Source: a candidate division WOR-1 bacterium RIFOXYB2_FULL_42_35
Lineage (GTDB): Bacteria; Margulisbacteria; WOR-1; O2-12-FULL-45-9
Length of the DNA: 64,000 bases
Assembly (NCBI GenBank): GCA_001771545.1
Contig: MEUC01000007.1
Span: forward strand, 8,030 to 72,029
Direction: 5' to 3'
Part shown: piece by piece, positions 28,215 through 37,785 of the stretch
Layout of the letters: the number at the start of each line of letters is the position of its first letter
Position numbering within the stretch: the stretch's first letter is position 1
Position numbers and translations under genes: made by a program
The notes under the pieces: model-generated
Database searches by the model: none
The model's input: the letters and a program-made list of their open reading frames with translations, nothing else
What the model was told of the DNA's origin: nothing

Positions 28215-29516
28215 CTATCTCCCTTCCTGACTTAACGGTAAACGAATAGTTACTATTGTGCCTGTCTCTTTGTTGCTGGTAATGCTGACATCGCCACCAT
28301 GATCACGAATAAATTTCAAGCCCAAAGACATGGCCAAATAATCCTCATACAAAAAAGTCTTACCATAAACAAAAGGCAAGGCCGCTAGCCTTTGCAAGGT
28401 TAAATCCTCTTCTCTTCTGCCATTATCAACAATTCTAATAATGGTTCGATCAGCTTCTTGCCCAACAGAAATAGTGACTTCTCCTTGCTGGAGAGCTTTA
28501 ACGGCTTTTTCTGCCGGTGCCAAAAAGAGCTGGATTGCCCTAACAAATACGTTCGCATCTATATGCGCAATGACTGAAGTTGAACCCCCATTCCTAAACT
28601 TCGTCTTGGGTCCTAACTCTAAAGTAGCCGGCAAGTACTCAGAAACATTAATTTCTCGCAAACTTAAGGGGGTTTTTACTTGAATTAATTCACCAAGTTG
28701 GGTAATAGTCGTAGCTATCCTATCAACCTGACGAATTGCCCCATTAATTAGTCTTGAGACAACCTCCACAGAAAAGCCCCCTTGAGCAAGGTTATCAACA
28801 ACAATCCTAAGTCCACTTTTAGGACTAGTAATCATATTACCCAGGTAATCTTTCAAACCATATATCAAAGCCCCAATTTCAGCTAGCTGGACTCTTTGCT
28901 CTTCTCTCAAGCTATCAACGGCCTTAACAACTTCCCCAATGTAACTTGCATCTTTTTCAATATACTTATCAGCCCCAGCATTGGTAGCGCTAATCGCAAC
29001 AGCTTGGGCGGAAAACCCGGTGATGGCCACTACTTTAATCTTGGGATTTTGTTCACGAGTATCAGCAATAAGTTTTATCCCTGCATCATCTTCCTCCATT
29101 TTTATGTCCGTAACTAAAACATCTATTCTCCAACCATCTCTGCCTAAAATTTCTAAGGCTTCCTGCCTTGAGCTGGCAAGAACAACTTCGTAACCAGCTC
29201 TTCGTAGAGAAGCTTGCGCTATCTTTCTAGCGTTTGGTTGGTCATCAACAAACAAAACAACCCCTTTAGCGGCTAGGCCACTCGCAGCACCATCACTAAA
29301 ACCACCCATCATGGCCATCGGCTCTACTACTAAATCCCCCAAGCGCCTCTCTGGTTGAGGAGGAATTACTTCACGACCCTGAACTTGCCGACCATGACCC
29401 CCTAAAGCCGCTGCTCGGCTCCAACCCAAATGACTATGATCCCCGATCAAACGCTTAGTCACCCAGTCTCCCCCTCTATAAATCTTACCTAATACCTTTT
29501 CCCAAGATATTGCCAT
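28215..29516 (-). CDS. response-regulator receiver domain fused to a degenerate GHKL (pseudo-kinase) domain, paralog 2
   Basis: Has an N-terminal GDWVTKRLIGDH motif. The REC domain reads LFVDDQ...VLVTDIKMEEDDAG...ITGF...YIEKD. The C-terminal region is IRIVDNGRR...GTIVTIRLP. I start at ATG 29516 (GGAGAA SD, 1 nt after the kinase stop), not the track's 29609. Confidence 0.7.
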   Translation of the reverse strand: MAISWEKVLGKIYRGGDWVTKRLIGDHSHLGWSRAAALGGHGRQVQGREVIPPQPERRLGDLVVEPMAMMGGFSDGAASGLAAKGVVLFVDDQPNARKIAQASLRRAGYEVVLASSRQEALEILGRDGWRIDVLVTDIKMEEDDAGIKLIADTREQNPKIKVVAITGFSAQAVAISATNAGADKYIEKDASYIGEVVKAVDSLREEQRVQLAEIGALIYGLKDYLGNMITSPKSGLRIVVDNLAQGGFSVEVVSRLINGAIRQVDRIATTITQLGELIQVKTPLSLREINVSEYLPATLELGPKTKFRNGGSTSVIAHIDANVFVRAIQLFLAPAEKAVKALQQGEVTISVGQEADRTIIRIVDNGRREEDLTLQRLAALPFVYGKTFLYEDYLAMSLGLKFIRDHGGDVSITSNKETGTIVTIRLPLSQEGR

Positions 29517-29517
29517 C

Positions 29518-30555
29518 TTATTCTCCTTCCTTAACCGGTATATCGATCGTAATTGCCACACCATTATCAACATTGCTGGCTTTAACCTGCCACCCCTGAA
29601 GTTTAGCATATTTTTCTACCAGAGCTAAACCAAGGCCCAAACCTTCGTCCGTACTTCTAGTGGTAATAAATGGTTGAAAGACCTTGGTTAATAGCTCTGC
29701 TTCAATTGAGCTGCTAGAATTCCAAATTCCGATCCTCACAACAGAACCAACTCTTTCAACAAAGACGTGAATCATCCTATGAGTAACTTTACTATCAAAC
29801 TCTATCAAGGCATTAGCAACAATTTCCCTGATCATTTCTTTTAGTAATTTTAGATCAGCTTCTATCACCGGTAGACCGGAATGATATTCTCCAATCAGCT
29901 TTATCCCTGCATCATCAGAAATAAGTCCTCTAAGTGCTCCCTTCACAGCCGCAACAGGCTCAAGGCTAATCTTACCAACTCTCTGAGGACTGAGAAATCT
30001 AATTAATCTTTCAACATGCCCTGAATAAAGGGAACAGGTCGACTTTACTTCTCGAACCCATCTTAAAGCCTCAGCAACATCTTGATCATGAAATGCCCCT
30101 TCAGCTAACTCTGCATACCCAACCAGGGGACCGATCATATTTCTGAAATTATGAGCAAACCACCTGAGCCAATCAGGTTGCTGATCCGCTTCCACCGGCT
30201 TAACAAAAGCGGCCAAAGTTCTTTGTAGTCTTTCCTGAGTAGCAGGTTCTTGCCCAAAAAGAGAACGACCAGAAGCAAAATGCACTGCCGCTCCAATCAA
30301 GTGGATCTTACCTGATGGCAGCTCATCTAGAAGTTCCACTGCCCTAAGAAAATTACTCAACATACTAAGGAGTTTAATGTCAACATGGTGCCTAACAAAC
30401 AACACAGAACCAATTTGAGCAGAACTAACTCCTTCACAACGTAAACCTCGAGCCCTAAGACTAGCAACGCGCCGGTTAATAGCCAGCAAATAAGAAGCTT
30501 GAGCGCAAATCAAAGCCTCTTTGGGAAAATCCGTACTAGTTCTAATAGTTGTCAT
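29518..30555 (-). CDS. soluble sensor histidine kinase
   Basis: Has an H-box FAHNFRNMIGPLVGYAEL, an N-box IREIVANALIEF and G2 GLGLGLALVEKY. The G1 position reads WNSSSS where DxGxG is expected. There is no TM segment. The 130-aa N-terminal domain is unrecognised. Confidence 0.75.
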   Translation of the reverse strand: MTTIRTSTDFPKEALICAQASYLLAINRRVASLRARGLRCEGVSSAQIGSVLFVRHHVDIKLLSMLSNFLRAVELLDELPSGKIHLIGAAVHFASGRSLFGQEPATQERLQRTLAAFVKPVEADQQPDWLRWFAHNFRNMIGPLVGYAELAEGAFHDQDVAEALRWVREVKSTCSLYSGHVERLIRFLSPQRVGKISLEPVAAVKGALRGLISDDAGIKLIGEYHSGLPVIEADLKLLKEMIREIVANALIEFDSKVTHRMIHVFVERVGSVVRIGIWNSSSSIEAELLTKVFQPFITTRSTDEGLGLGLALVEKYAKLQGWQVKASNVDNGVAITIDIPVKEGE

Positions 30556-30629
30556 AGTTGTCCCACCACAATTTTTTCGCCACTTTTTGACTGTGATTTC
30601 ACTTTTTCTTCAACAAACTGCAATGATTT

Positions 30630-30710
30630 TCCCGACGACATTAATATATAATTATGTAAAGTCGGGATCCCGATGTTTCATCCTTATATTTATTAATGTC
30701 ATCGGGACAC
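30630..30710. repeat. nested palindrome containing GGGATCCCGA...ATCGGGACAC element, copy 2
   Basis: The arms are TCCCGACGACATTAATA (30630-30646) and TATTAATGTCATCGGGA (30691-30707), matching 16/17. They flank the perfect 12-bp palindrome TCGGGATCCCGA (30662-30673). Confidence 0.75.
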
Positions 30711-30782
30711 TATATTTGAGAAAAGTTGCCAAAGGTTGAAAGATGTTAAATGAGGTTAACTGAGATTGAAAATATATATTCG

Positions 30783-30805
30783 CCGAAGCCCGAAGGGCGA
30801 AGGAG
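30783..30805. repeat. CCGAAGCCCGAAGGGCGAAGGAG repeat, copy 1
   Basis: It matches 38941-38963 at 22/23 positions. Confidence 0.75.
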
Positions 30806-30807
30806 AA

Positions 30808-30881
<74 letters not shown>

Positions 30882-30895
30882 CAACAAAAGAAGAA

Positions 30896-30971
30896 TCGGA
30901 GCGACTGGATTCGAACCAGCGATCTCTACCACCCCAAGGTAGCGCCTTAGACCAAGCTTGGCCACGCTCCG
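30896..30971 (-). tRNA. tRNA-Pro (anticodon GGG)
   Basis: Folded by hand as CGGAGCG/CGCTCCG acceptor, anticodon arm CTACC-TTGGGGT-GGTAG and T loop GGTTCGAATCC. No CCA is encoded. Confidence 0.8.
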
Positions 30972-30986
30972 ACAGGATACATTATA

Positions 30987-31592
30987 TCACTTCTTAATAA
31001 ACTTATTGACCGCGTCTGAAGTCTTCAGCTCTTGACCGGAGAGGAATCTTTTTAGATCTTCACGATGGGTATAGAGGGCCAACACAAAAGCTCCCAGAGC
31101 AAATGATACAAAGGCACTGCTTTTGCCTAGAATCACCAGCGCCAGCGGCAGGAAACCAAGAATAATTATGGTCGCAGGAATAAAATAGCGCCAGATCAAA
31201 ATTAGCATGGCCCAGAAAAGGGTCACAATTAGAGCCAACACAGGATCAAAAGCAATTAAAGCCCCGCCTGTTGTGGCAATCCCCTTGCCCCCTTTAAATT
31301 TTAAGAAAATAGAAAAATCGTGACCAATAATTGCTGCCAGAGCACAACAAGTTACCGCCCAGTACGGCAGAAAAAATCTCTGAGCCAAATATACAACCAA
31401 AAAACCCTTGCCCACATCACCCAACCAAGACAAGAAACCAATAACTGGTCCGGCCACAACTAAAGCGTTGGTTGCGCCAATGTTTTTTGTGCCAGCTTTA
31501 CTAACATCTTTGCCTTTGAGTTTAGGAAAGATATGGCTAAAGGGGATAGAGCCTAACAGATATGATAAAAATATGCTTAAGAATATGTTCAT
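30987..31592 (-). CDS. plsY: glycerol-3-phosphate acyltransferase (acyl-phosphate dependent)
   Basis: Contains LLGSIPFS, GTKNIGATN and KGGKGIAT, with a multi-TM layout. Confidence 0.9.
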   Translation of the reverse strand: MNIFLSIFLSYLLGSIPFSHIFPKLKGKDVSKAGTKNIGATNALVVAGPVIGFLSWLGDVGKGFLVVYLAQRFFLPYWAVTCCALAAIIGHDFSIFLKFKGGKGIATTGGALIAFDPVLALIVTLFWAMLILIWRYFIPATIIILGFLPLALVILGKSSAFVSFALGAFVLALYTHREDLKRFLSGQELKTSDAVNKFIKK

Positions 31593-31623
31593 AATATATC
31601 AGAATAAAGTAATGAGGGGTGCG

Positions 31624-31657
31624 TAATGCGTAATGAGAACATTCCCATTACACATTA
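31624..31657. repeat. GTAATG/CATTAC word hairpin between lysC and plsY
   Basis: TAATGCGTAATG-N10-CATTACACATTA pairs at 11/12 positions. Further CATTAC words follow. Confidence 0.6.
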
Positions 31658-31674
31658 CTCTATTCCCATTACTA

Positions 31675-32919
31675 TTAGGATACTTTCTCCAACCCAAACG
31701 CCTTATGCAAGATTTGAACGGCCCTCTTGCCCTGCTCTTTCTTAATGATGCAGGAAACTTTAATCTCTGAAGTTGAGATCATCTGAATATTGATGTTGTT
31801 TTTGGATAAAGCCGCAAACATTTTTGAAGCCGTGCCAGGCTGACTAACCATACCGATGCCGACCAAAGAAACCTTGCAAACATCTGGATCAGCAATAACA
31901 TTTTCGGCCTTAAGTTCTTTGCCCATCATTTCGGTAACTTTAACGGCCTTTTTTAAATCTGGTCGTTCAACAGTAAAGGCCATGTCAGCCAATGATTTGT
32001 CAGAATGCATACTTTGGACAATCATATCAACATTAACACTCTCTGCAGCTAAAGCACCAAAAATTTTCGCGGCAATCCCCGGCTTGTCAGGAATTTTTAA
32101 GATTCCTATCTTGGCAATGTTTTCATCAAGGGCAATCCCCCTCACGGTATCTTTTTGTTCCATTTTCTTGGCCTCCTTGTCAATTGCTTGAGCAGATTTA
32201 ATATAGGTTCCAATTGTTTCATTCTTGCTGGAACGCAAATGAATGACAATATCATACAGGCTGGCACATTCTATTGAACGGGGATGCAAAACTTGGGCCC
32301 CTAAACTAGCTAATTCGAGCATCTCTTCGTATGAAACACTTTTTAACTTTCTCGCCTCGGAAACTATGCGAGGATCGGTAGTATAAACTCCGTCAACATC
32401 GGTATAAATATCACAAACAGAAGCCTTGAGTGCTGCAGCAATAGCCACCGCAGAAGTGTCTGACCCACCCCGACCAATAGTAATAATATCTCCCTTACTA
32501 TCAATCCCTTGAAAACCTGTAACAACCACAACTTTGCCTTCTTTTAATTCTTTTTGCATGCGCTCTAAATGGACATGTTTGATGCGGGCTTTTTTGTAAA
32601 TATCTTCAGTCACGACTCCAGCTTGACCACCAGTTAAAGAAACAGCCGGACAATCCATTGCCTGCAGTGCCATCGCTAAAAGTGAAGCGGAAACTTGCTC
32701 TCCAGTGGAAACCAACATGTCATATTCGCGAGGATCAGGACTATCGGTAATCTGATTCATCAGGTCAATCAATTCGTCGGTCGTATGCCCCATGGCGGAA
32801 ACAATGACTACAACTTGATTGCCAGCCGCAACAACCTTTTTGATGCGCTGGGCAACATTTCTGATTTTTTCTGGGCTCCCAACAGAGGTGCCGCCGTATT
32901 TGTGGACAACAATTGCCAT
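31675..32919 (-). CDS. lysC: aspartate kinase
   Basis: Contains KYGGTSVGS and GRGGSDTSA, with two C-terminal ACT domains. Confidence 0.93.
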   Translation of the reverse strand: MAIVVHKYGGTSVGSPEKIRNVAQRIKKVVAAGNQVVVIVSAMGHTTDELIDLMNQITDSPDPREYDMLVSTGEQVSASLLAMALQAMDCPAVSLTGGQAGVVTEDIYKKARIKHVHLERMQKELKEGKVVVVTGFQGIDSKGDIITIGRGGSDTSAVAIAAALKASVCDIYTDVDGVYTTDPRIVSEARKLKSVSYEEMLELASLGAQVLHPRSIECASLYDIVIHLRSSKNETIGTYIKSAQAIDKEAKKMEQKDTVRGIALDENIAKIGILKIPDKPGIAAKIFGALAAESVNVDMIVQSMHSDKSLADMAFTVERPDLKKAVKVTEMMGKELKAENVIADPDVCKVSLVGIGMVSQPGTASKMFAALSKNNINIQMISTSEIKVSCIIKKEQGKRAVQILHKAFGLEKVS

Positions 32920-33059
32920 ATCAATAGGGATTATAACATGGAAGACAAAAACTTAGCTAGTTAACTCAACCACTGTACGAGTCTGCAGACATTTCTCAGC
33001 GTGTCGATTGAATACGCTGATGATATAACTTATCCTGAAAAAGCTTAAGAGAAAAACAA

Positions 33060-33737
33060 CTAAGCAGGTTTCTTAATAAACTGATATTGGCCAGCTGGAA
33101 GATCGCCCAAACCAATCCCGGCCATTCGAATCCTTTTTAATCTTCTCACGCTATTACCAAGAATTTCGACCATCCGGCGAATCTGGCGTTTTTTGCCTTC
33201 TCGAAGTGTAATACGAAATTTCTTAAACCCGAGTGATTCAACTTCTGCAGGCAAGGTTTTCCTGCCATCAACAATAACCCCACCCTCAAGCTTGCCCAAA
33301 TCAACATTAGTTATTGGCAGTTGAACAGTTACTTCGTATTCTTTGTCGTGCTCAAAGCTTGGGTGCGTCAGCTCGTTGGCCCATTCCCCATCATTGGTTA
33401 AAATCATTAAGCCCTCAGACTCCTTATCAAGCCGGCCAACCGGATACAAACGATATTTAACGTCTTTGATTAAATCTAGAACTGTTTTCTGCCCAAATTG
33501 CCTGACACAAGAACTCACATAACCACGGGGTTTGTGTAGTTTTATATAAATCTTCGCTTCTTTTTGTTTAACAAGCTTACCATTGACAGTGATTTTATCT
33601 TTAGCAGGATCAACCTTATCTCCCAATATAGATATCTGACCGTTGACCTTAACTTTGCCAGCCTTGATCAGCTCTTCGGCCTTACGCCGAGAAGCAACCC
33701 CACATTCAGCTAGATATTTTTGGAGTCTCATAGACAT
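33060..33737 (-). CDS. pseudouridine synthase, RsuA/RluB family
   Basis: S4 domain (RLQKYLAECGVASRRKAEELI) plus GRLDKESEGLMILTNDGE. Confidence 0.88.
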   Translation of the reverse strand: MSMRLQKYLAECGVASRRKAEELIKAGKVKVNGQISILGDKVDPAKDKITVNGKLVKQKEAKIYIKLHKPRGYVSSCVRQFGQKTVLDLIKDVKYRLYPVGRLDKESEGLMILTNDGEWANELTHPSFEHDKEYEVTVQLPITNVDLGKLEGGVIVDGRKTLPAEVESLGFKKFRITLREGKKRQIRRMVEILGNSVRRLKRIRMAGIGLGDLPAGQYQFIKKPA

Positions 33738-33786
33738 AATAATTATCCTAACACAATCGTCCCAAAATTGAAATTTCTGCTCTTTT

Positions 33787-35061
33787 TTGGCGATAATAGT
33801 ATATATAAATAGTATGGGATTACAAGCAAGCCTTATCTCGCATATGGTACAACAAAAGAGCTCAAGAACAGCTCAAGCTGCTAATTTATTTGGCAGAGTA
33901 GCTGAAACCGTAACTCGTGGGCTTTATAAAAATTATTTAAGCCGGGGAGCCAGAGAAATTGTTGGACAAGACCGGCTTGAAATCGGAGATACATTAAGTA
34001 TTAGCTCCGGCCAGGTCAGGAAAAATGGGCAAGTCATTTTTCAACATGAAACACTTTTCCGAGGAATTAACATTGAGCAAATTGATGTTACAAAAGAAAT
34101 GTGCCACGCCAAAGGTATGACTAATTATTTAAGATGGGAAGCAATCGGGCACCGTGCTCATAGTCTATCGGCCCTATTATCTACCTTGGGAACCATTCCC
34201 TCTTTAGGCTTATCATATTTATTTTTTAAGTACGTCCCAATTGAGACTTCTTCTTTTGGGGCAATTTCTTATCTGGTTATTATTAGCCTATTTGTAGTTC
34301 CCTTTTATAGAATTTTGTCTTTGATCCCTCAAGAACACAAAGACTCCAAGGCAAACTTAGGAGATGTAGACAGGCACAAACTAAAGAGTTTCTTTTTTAA
34401 ACAAGTAAATGTAAGGGGGATCATGTATCCTCTTTTACCTGGAGTAATATTTGTGAATAACGCTGAAGGGCCACAAGATGCAGAAATAAGTACATTTCAC
34501 GAAAAAGTTCATTCGCTCGGGGGATCGGAATATCGCGCCGAACAGTTAACAAGAGCCTACATCGCTAAAGGTGTGTTCGCTAAAAAAACCTTACCGGCTC
34601 TCCATCTATTGCGCAATCTATTTGGCATATTATCTGGAAACTTTGCCCTAATTAGATTTGGAACAAGTTTTTATCAGGTTACTTACAGAGAATTATCTTG
34701 CATCGCCGATGATAAAACCAAACTCCAAGCTTTCCTTGACAGAGAACCAGAAGGAAATTTTACCCATGCAATTGCTGCTCGACTGCTTGGTCTACCAGAA
34801 CGTGCTAGTACTCATTATGAAAAAATTTTAGAAAAAATAAATTCACAGCTAAAAAATGAAAGAAGCCCATATTTGGGGGGCTTACCAATACGAGAAGCTC
34901 AACGATTAGTCCTTTTGGCAATTGCCATCGGTTATCAAGAAGCCGGGAACCTTGATAAAGCTAGAGAATTTCTGAAAAAAATTATCCGTCTTAAAACTGA
35001 TTGTTATTTTTCTCCTGTCCTGCTAGCTGCAGCTAAAAAAACAATTGTCCCTAATCTCTAG
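33787..35061 (+). CDS. membrane protein with HExxH motif and C-terminal TPR-like helices (putative metalloprotease-like)
   Basis: Has two hydrophobic helices (LSALLSTLGTIPSLGLSYLFF and FGAISYLVIISLFVVPFY). FHEKVH is an HExxH motif. The tail is helical (HYEKILEKI...YQEAGNLDKAREFLKKI). The start is uncertain (TTG 33787 or ATG 33814). Confidence 0.4.
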   Translation: MAIIVYINSMGLQASLISHMVQQKSSRTAQAANLFGRVAETVTRGLYKNYLSRGAREIVGQDRLEIGDTLSISSGQVRKNGQVIFQHETLFRGINIEQIDVTKEMCHAKGMTNYLRWEAIGHRAHSLSALLSTLGTIPSLGLSYLFFKYVPIETSSFGAISYLVIISLFVVPFYRILSLIPQEHKDSKANLGDVDRHKLKSFFFKQVNVRGIMYPLLPGVIFVNNAEGPQDAEISTFHEKVHSLGGSEYRAEQLTRAYIAKGVFAKKTLPALHLLRNLFGILSGNFALIRFGTSFYQVTYRELSCIADDKTKLQAFLDREPEGNFTHAIAARLLGLPERASTHYEKILEKINSQLKNERSPYLGGLPIREAQRLVLLAIAIGYQEAGNLDKAREFLKKIIRLKTDCYFSPVLLAAAKKTIVPNL

Positions 35062-35079
35062 CTAGGTTATAATACTAAC

Positions 35080-35574
35080 ATGGCCAAAGATCATTCATTT
35101 GATATAGTCTCCAAACCAAACCTGCAGGAAATAGACAACGCCATTCAAATGGCTATGCGCGAGATTGCTAATCGCTTCGATTTCAAAGGGAGTATCAGCA
35201 AAATAGAAAAAGAAGGCGACGATAAAATCAAACTGGTTTCAGAAGATGAGTTTAAGCTTAAAAATGTCAACAATATCCTGCAAGATAAATTAATTAAACG
35301 CAAAATCCCACTCAAGTTTTTTGAATACGGTAGTCTTGAAGAATCCCTGGGCGGCCAGGTCAAACAAATGGTTACCATTCAACAAGGCATCCCTCAGGAA
35401 AAAGCTAAAGAGATTACCAAATTGATCAAAACTTCTGGCCTAAAGGTCCAAACCCAAATCCAGGGCGATGAAATCCGCGTATCTGCCAAGAAGATCGATG
35501 ACCTGCAGGCTACAATGGAAAAGCTAAAAGCCGCCAACCTCTCCATAGTTCTTCAGTTTGATAATTATCGGTAA
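35080..35574 (+). CDS. yajQ: YajQ-family nucleotide-binding protein (UPF0234)
   Basis: Contains SFDIVSKPNLQEIDNAIQMAMREIANRFDFKG. Confidence 0.9.
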   Translation: MAKDHSFDIVSKPNLQEIDNAIQMAMREIANRFDFKGSISKIEKEGDDKIKLVSEDEFKLKNVNNILQDKLIKRKIPLKFFEYGSLEESLGGQVKQMVTIQQGIPQEKAKEITKLIKTSGLKVQTQIQGDEIRVSAKKIDDLQATMEKLKAANLSIVLQFDNYR

Positions 35575-36768
35575 ATGAAAGTCCACATCATCTCCCTCGG
35601 TTGCCCTAAAAACCTGACTGACACCGAAGTCATCATGGGTAAACTTGTCTCTTCTGGTTATGAGATCACCTTAAACCCCAAAGAAGCTGACATTATTATA
35701 ATAAACACCTGCGCTTTTCTTAAAAGTGCCCGTGACGAAGTGAAACAAACCGTTAAAGAGATGAGAAAACACAAAAAAGAGATTTATTTAGCTGGTTGTT
35801 TTCCAAAATTACTGCCAAAAGTAAAATTACCTGGAGTTAAAGGCACAATTAACTCCCTGGGACTCTTTGATTATCATACTCCAAGAGTAAAGGCCACCCC
35901 ACCCTGGTTTGCCTATGTTAAAATTGCTGAAGGGTGTAATAATAAGTGCACTTACTGCCTAATTCCTAAAATTAGGGGTAGATTAAAAGTTCGACCTGTC
36001 CATGACATCCTCTCAGAAGTGAAACTATTGGTTAAAAAAGGGGTCAAAGAAATCATTTATGTTGCTCAAGACACAACAGCCCACCCAAAATTAGCCGAAA
36101 TACTGCAAAAAACCTGTAAAATCAAAGGGATTAGCTGGATTAGAATAATGTACGCCCATCCCAAGCATTTAACCGACAAAATTGTAGAAATAATGGCCCA
36201 AGAAAAGAAGATTGTTAAGTATTTAGACTTGCCGATCCAACATGTCTGTGATAAAATACTAACTCGGATGAATAGGCGTTACACGCGTCAAGATCTTGAA
36301 AAATTAATTGCCAAAATTAGGGGACGAATTCCTAAGATAGCCCTGCGAACATCAGTTATCGTTGGTTTCCCCGGTGAAAACGAGGCTGATTTTGCAGAGT
36401 TATTTGACTTTATCAAGCTGATAAAGTTTGACAAACTCGGAGTTTTTGGTTATTGCCGAGAAAAAGGCACTCCTGCCTACTACAAGAGGGGGCAGGTTGC
36501 CGCTCAGGCCAAAAAATCGAGAGTAGAGAAATTGATGGGGCTTCAAGCTCGCATCTCTAAAGGGAAGAATAAGAAATTGCTTGGAAAAACACTGGAAACA
36601 ATAATTGAAGGAACTGGCGTTGGCCGAACTTATCGGGATGCGCCGGAAATAGATGGACAAGTGTTTTTCAGCGACCCAAAATCCACAACACCGGGTAAGA
36701 TTGTTCGAACGCACATTACTGGTGCTAGAGTTCATGATCTTATCGGCGCTTTAATTGACCGTACCTAA
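35575..36768 (+). CDS. rimO: radical-SAM methylthiotransferase, RimO type
   Basis: Has N-terminal ISLGCPKNLTDTE and a radical SAM CNNKCTYC motif. The C-terminal TRAM domain includes GRTYRDAPEIDGQVFF. Confidence 0.85.
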   Translation: MKVHIISLGCPKNLTDTEVIMGKLVSSGYEITLNPKEADIIIINTCAFLKSARDEVKQTVKEMRKHKKEIYLAGCFPKLLPKVKLPGVKGTINSLGLFDYHTPRVKATPPWFAYVKIAEGCNNKCTYCLIPKIRGRLKVRPVHDILSEVKLLVKKGVKEIIYVAQDTTAHPKLAEILQKTCKIKGISWIRIMYAHPKHLTDKIVEIMAQEKKIVKYLDLPIQHVCDKILTRMNRRYTRQDLEKLIAKIRGRIPKIALRTSVIVGFPGENEADFAELFDFIKLIKFDKLGVFGYCREKGTPAYYKRGQVAAQAKKSRVEKLMGLQARISKGKNKKLLGKTLETIIEGTGVGRTYRDAPEIDGQVFFSDPKSTTPGKIVRTHITGARVHDLIGALIDRT

Positions 36769-37255
36769 CTACATTACCTTTCTAAGAATTATTTTTATCC
36801 CTCTTGTTTTGGCCCTCTTGTTGCTTAATCTGAATGGCTTGGCAGCAATTTTATTTATGTTGCTTTCTTTTTCCGATGCCCTTGATGGTTATCTTGCCCG
36901 GCGCTTAAAGCAGGTCTCTGATTTAGGTAAGTTTTTGGATCCAATTGCCGATAAGATCCTAGTGATAAGTGTTTTAATTGCTTTGGTTGGCTTTGGCAAA
37001 GCTAATTCAATCGCTGTAATAATAATGGTAGCACGCGAGTTTTTAGTTTCAGGCATACGCATCAGGGCAGCTCAAGGCAACAAAATTATTGCGGCTATTC
37101 CCTTGGCTAAACTAAAAACATTTACCCAAATCATCGCCGTACTAATGTTGATCTTAAATGTACCGTTAGCTAATACTATTCTTTGGCTGGCCGTTTTACT
37201 GTCGCTAGCTTCGGGAGGGGCTTATCTGTGGCTGAGCAGGATATTAAAACCGTAG
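36755..37255 (+). CDS. pgsA: CDP-diacylglycerol--glycerol-3-phosphate 3-phosphatidyltransferase
   Basis: Has the CDP-alcohol phosphatidyltransferase motif DALDGYLARRL...GKFLDPIADK. The TTG start overlaps the rimO end. Confidence 0.9.
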   Translation: MTVPNYITFLRIIFIPLVLALLLLNLNGLAAILFMLLSFSDALDGYLARRLKQVSDLGKFLDPIADKILVISVLIALVGFGKANSIAVIIMVAREFLVSGIRIRAAQGNKIIAAIPLAKLKTFTQIIAVLMLILNVPLANTILWLAVLLSLASGGAYLWLSRILKP

Positions 37256-37293
37256 AAATAAAGCTGGAAAGTTTCTTCACTAAGGTGCTTTCC

Positions 37294-37785
37294 ATGATTG
37301 GCAAGGTTACTGACCAACAAATTGCTGACTCACTAAAAAAGAGCCAACAAACTGTGGCAGTAGCAGAATCTGTCACCGGTGGCATGTTGGCCTCTCGTTT
37401 AACTAACCCGGCCGGAAGTTCTGAATACTTTATTGGCGGAATTGTTTGCTATCATCCCAGAATTAAAGCTCTGGAAGTTGGGGTTCCAGCCTCATTGATT
37501 AATCAGCACGGGGTAGTTAGCAAAGAAGTTGCCCTCTCCTTGGCAGAAAAAATTAGAGCCAAATATAAAACCGATATTGGGATTTCAACCACCGGAGTAG
37601 CTGGACCAGGGCCAATTCCACCGGCACCGGTTGGTCGAGTATATATTGCCTTGGCTAGCAATAAAGAAACCGAATGGAAAGAATTGAATTTACAAGGCTC
37701 TCGTTATGAAATACGGGAAAAAGCCGCTCAGTCCGCGATGGGTTTATTGTGGCTACATTTGGGTGGGGACGAAATCTTAAAGTAG
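37294..37785 (+). CDS. pncC: CinA C-terminal domain protein (nicotinamide-nucleotide amidohydrolase type)
   Basis: Contains VAVAESVTGGMLASRLT and TTGVAGPGP. I start at ATG 37294, because the track's 37-aa extension overlaps pgsA. Confidence 0.85.
   Translation: MIGKVTDQQIADSLKKSQQTVAVAESVTGGMLASRLTNPAGSSEYFIGGIVCYHPRIKALEVGVPASLINQHGVVSKEVALSLAEKIRAKYKTDIGISTTGVAGPGPIPPAPVGRVYIALASNKETEWKELNLQGSRYEIREKAAQSAMGLLWLHLGGDEILK

Noticed and set aside
32920-33059. Lysine riboswitch (L-box) upstream of lysC
   Set aside because: The region is 140 nt and contains one small hairpin (TCAGCGT...ACGCTGA) plus a TTATAAT -10-like box. It lacks the multi-helix L-box architecture and conserved motifs as far as I can judge by eye.
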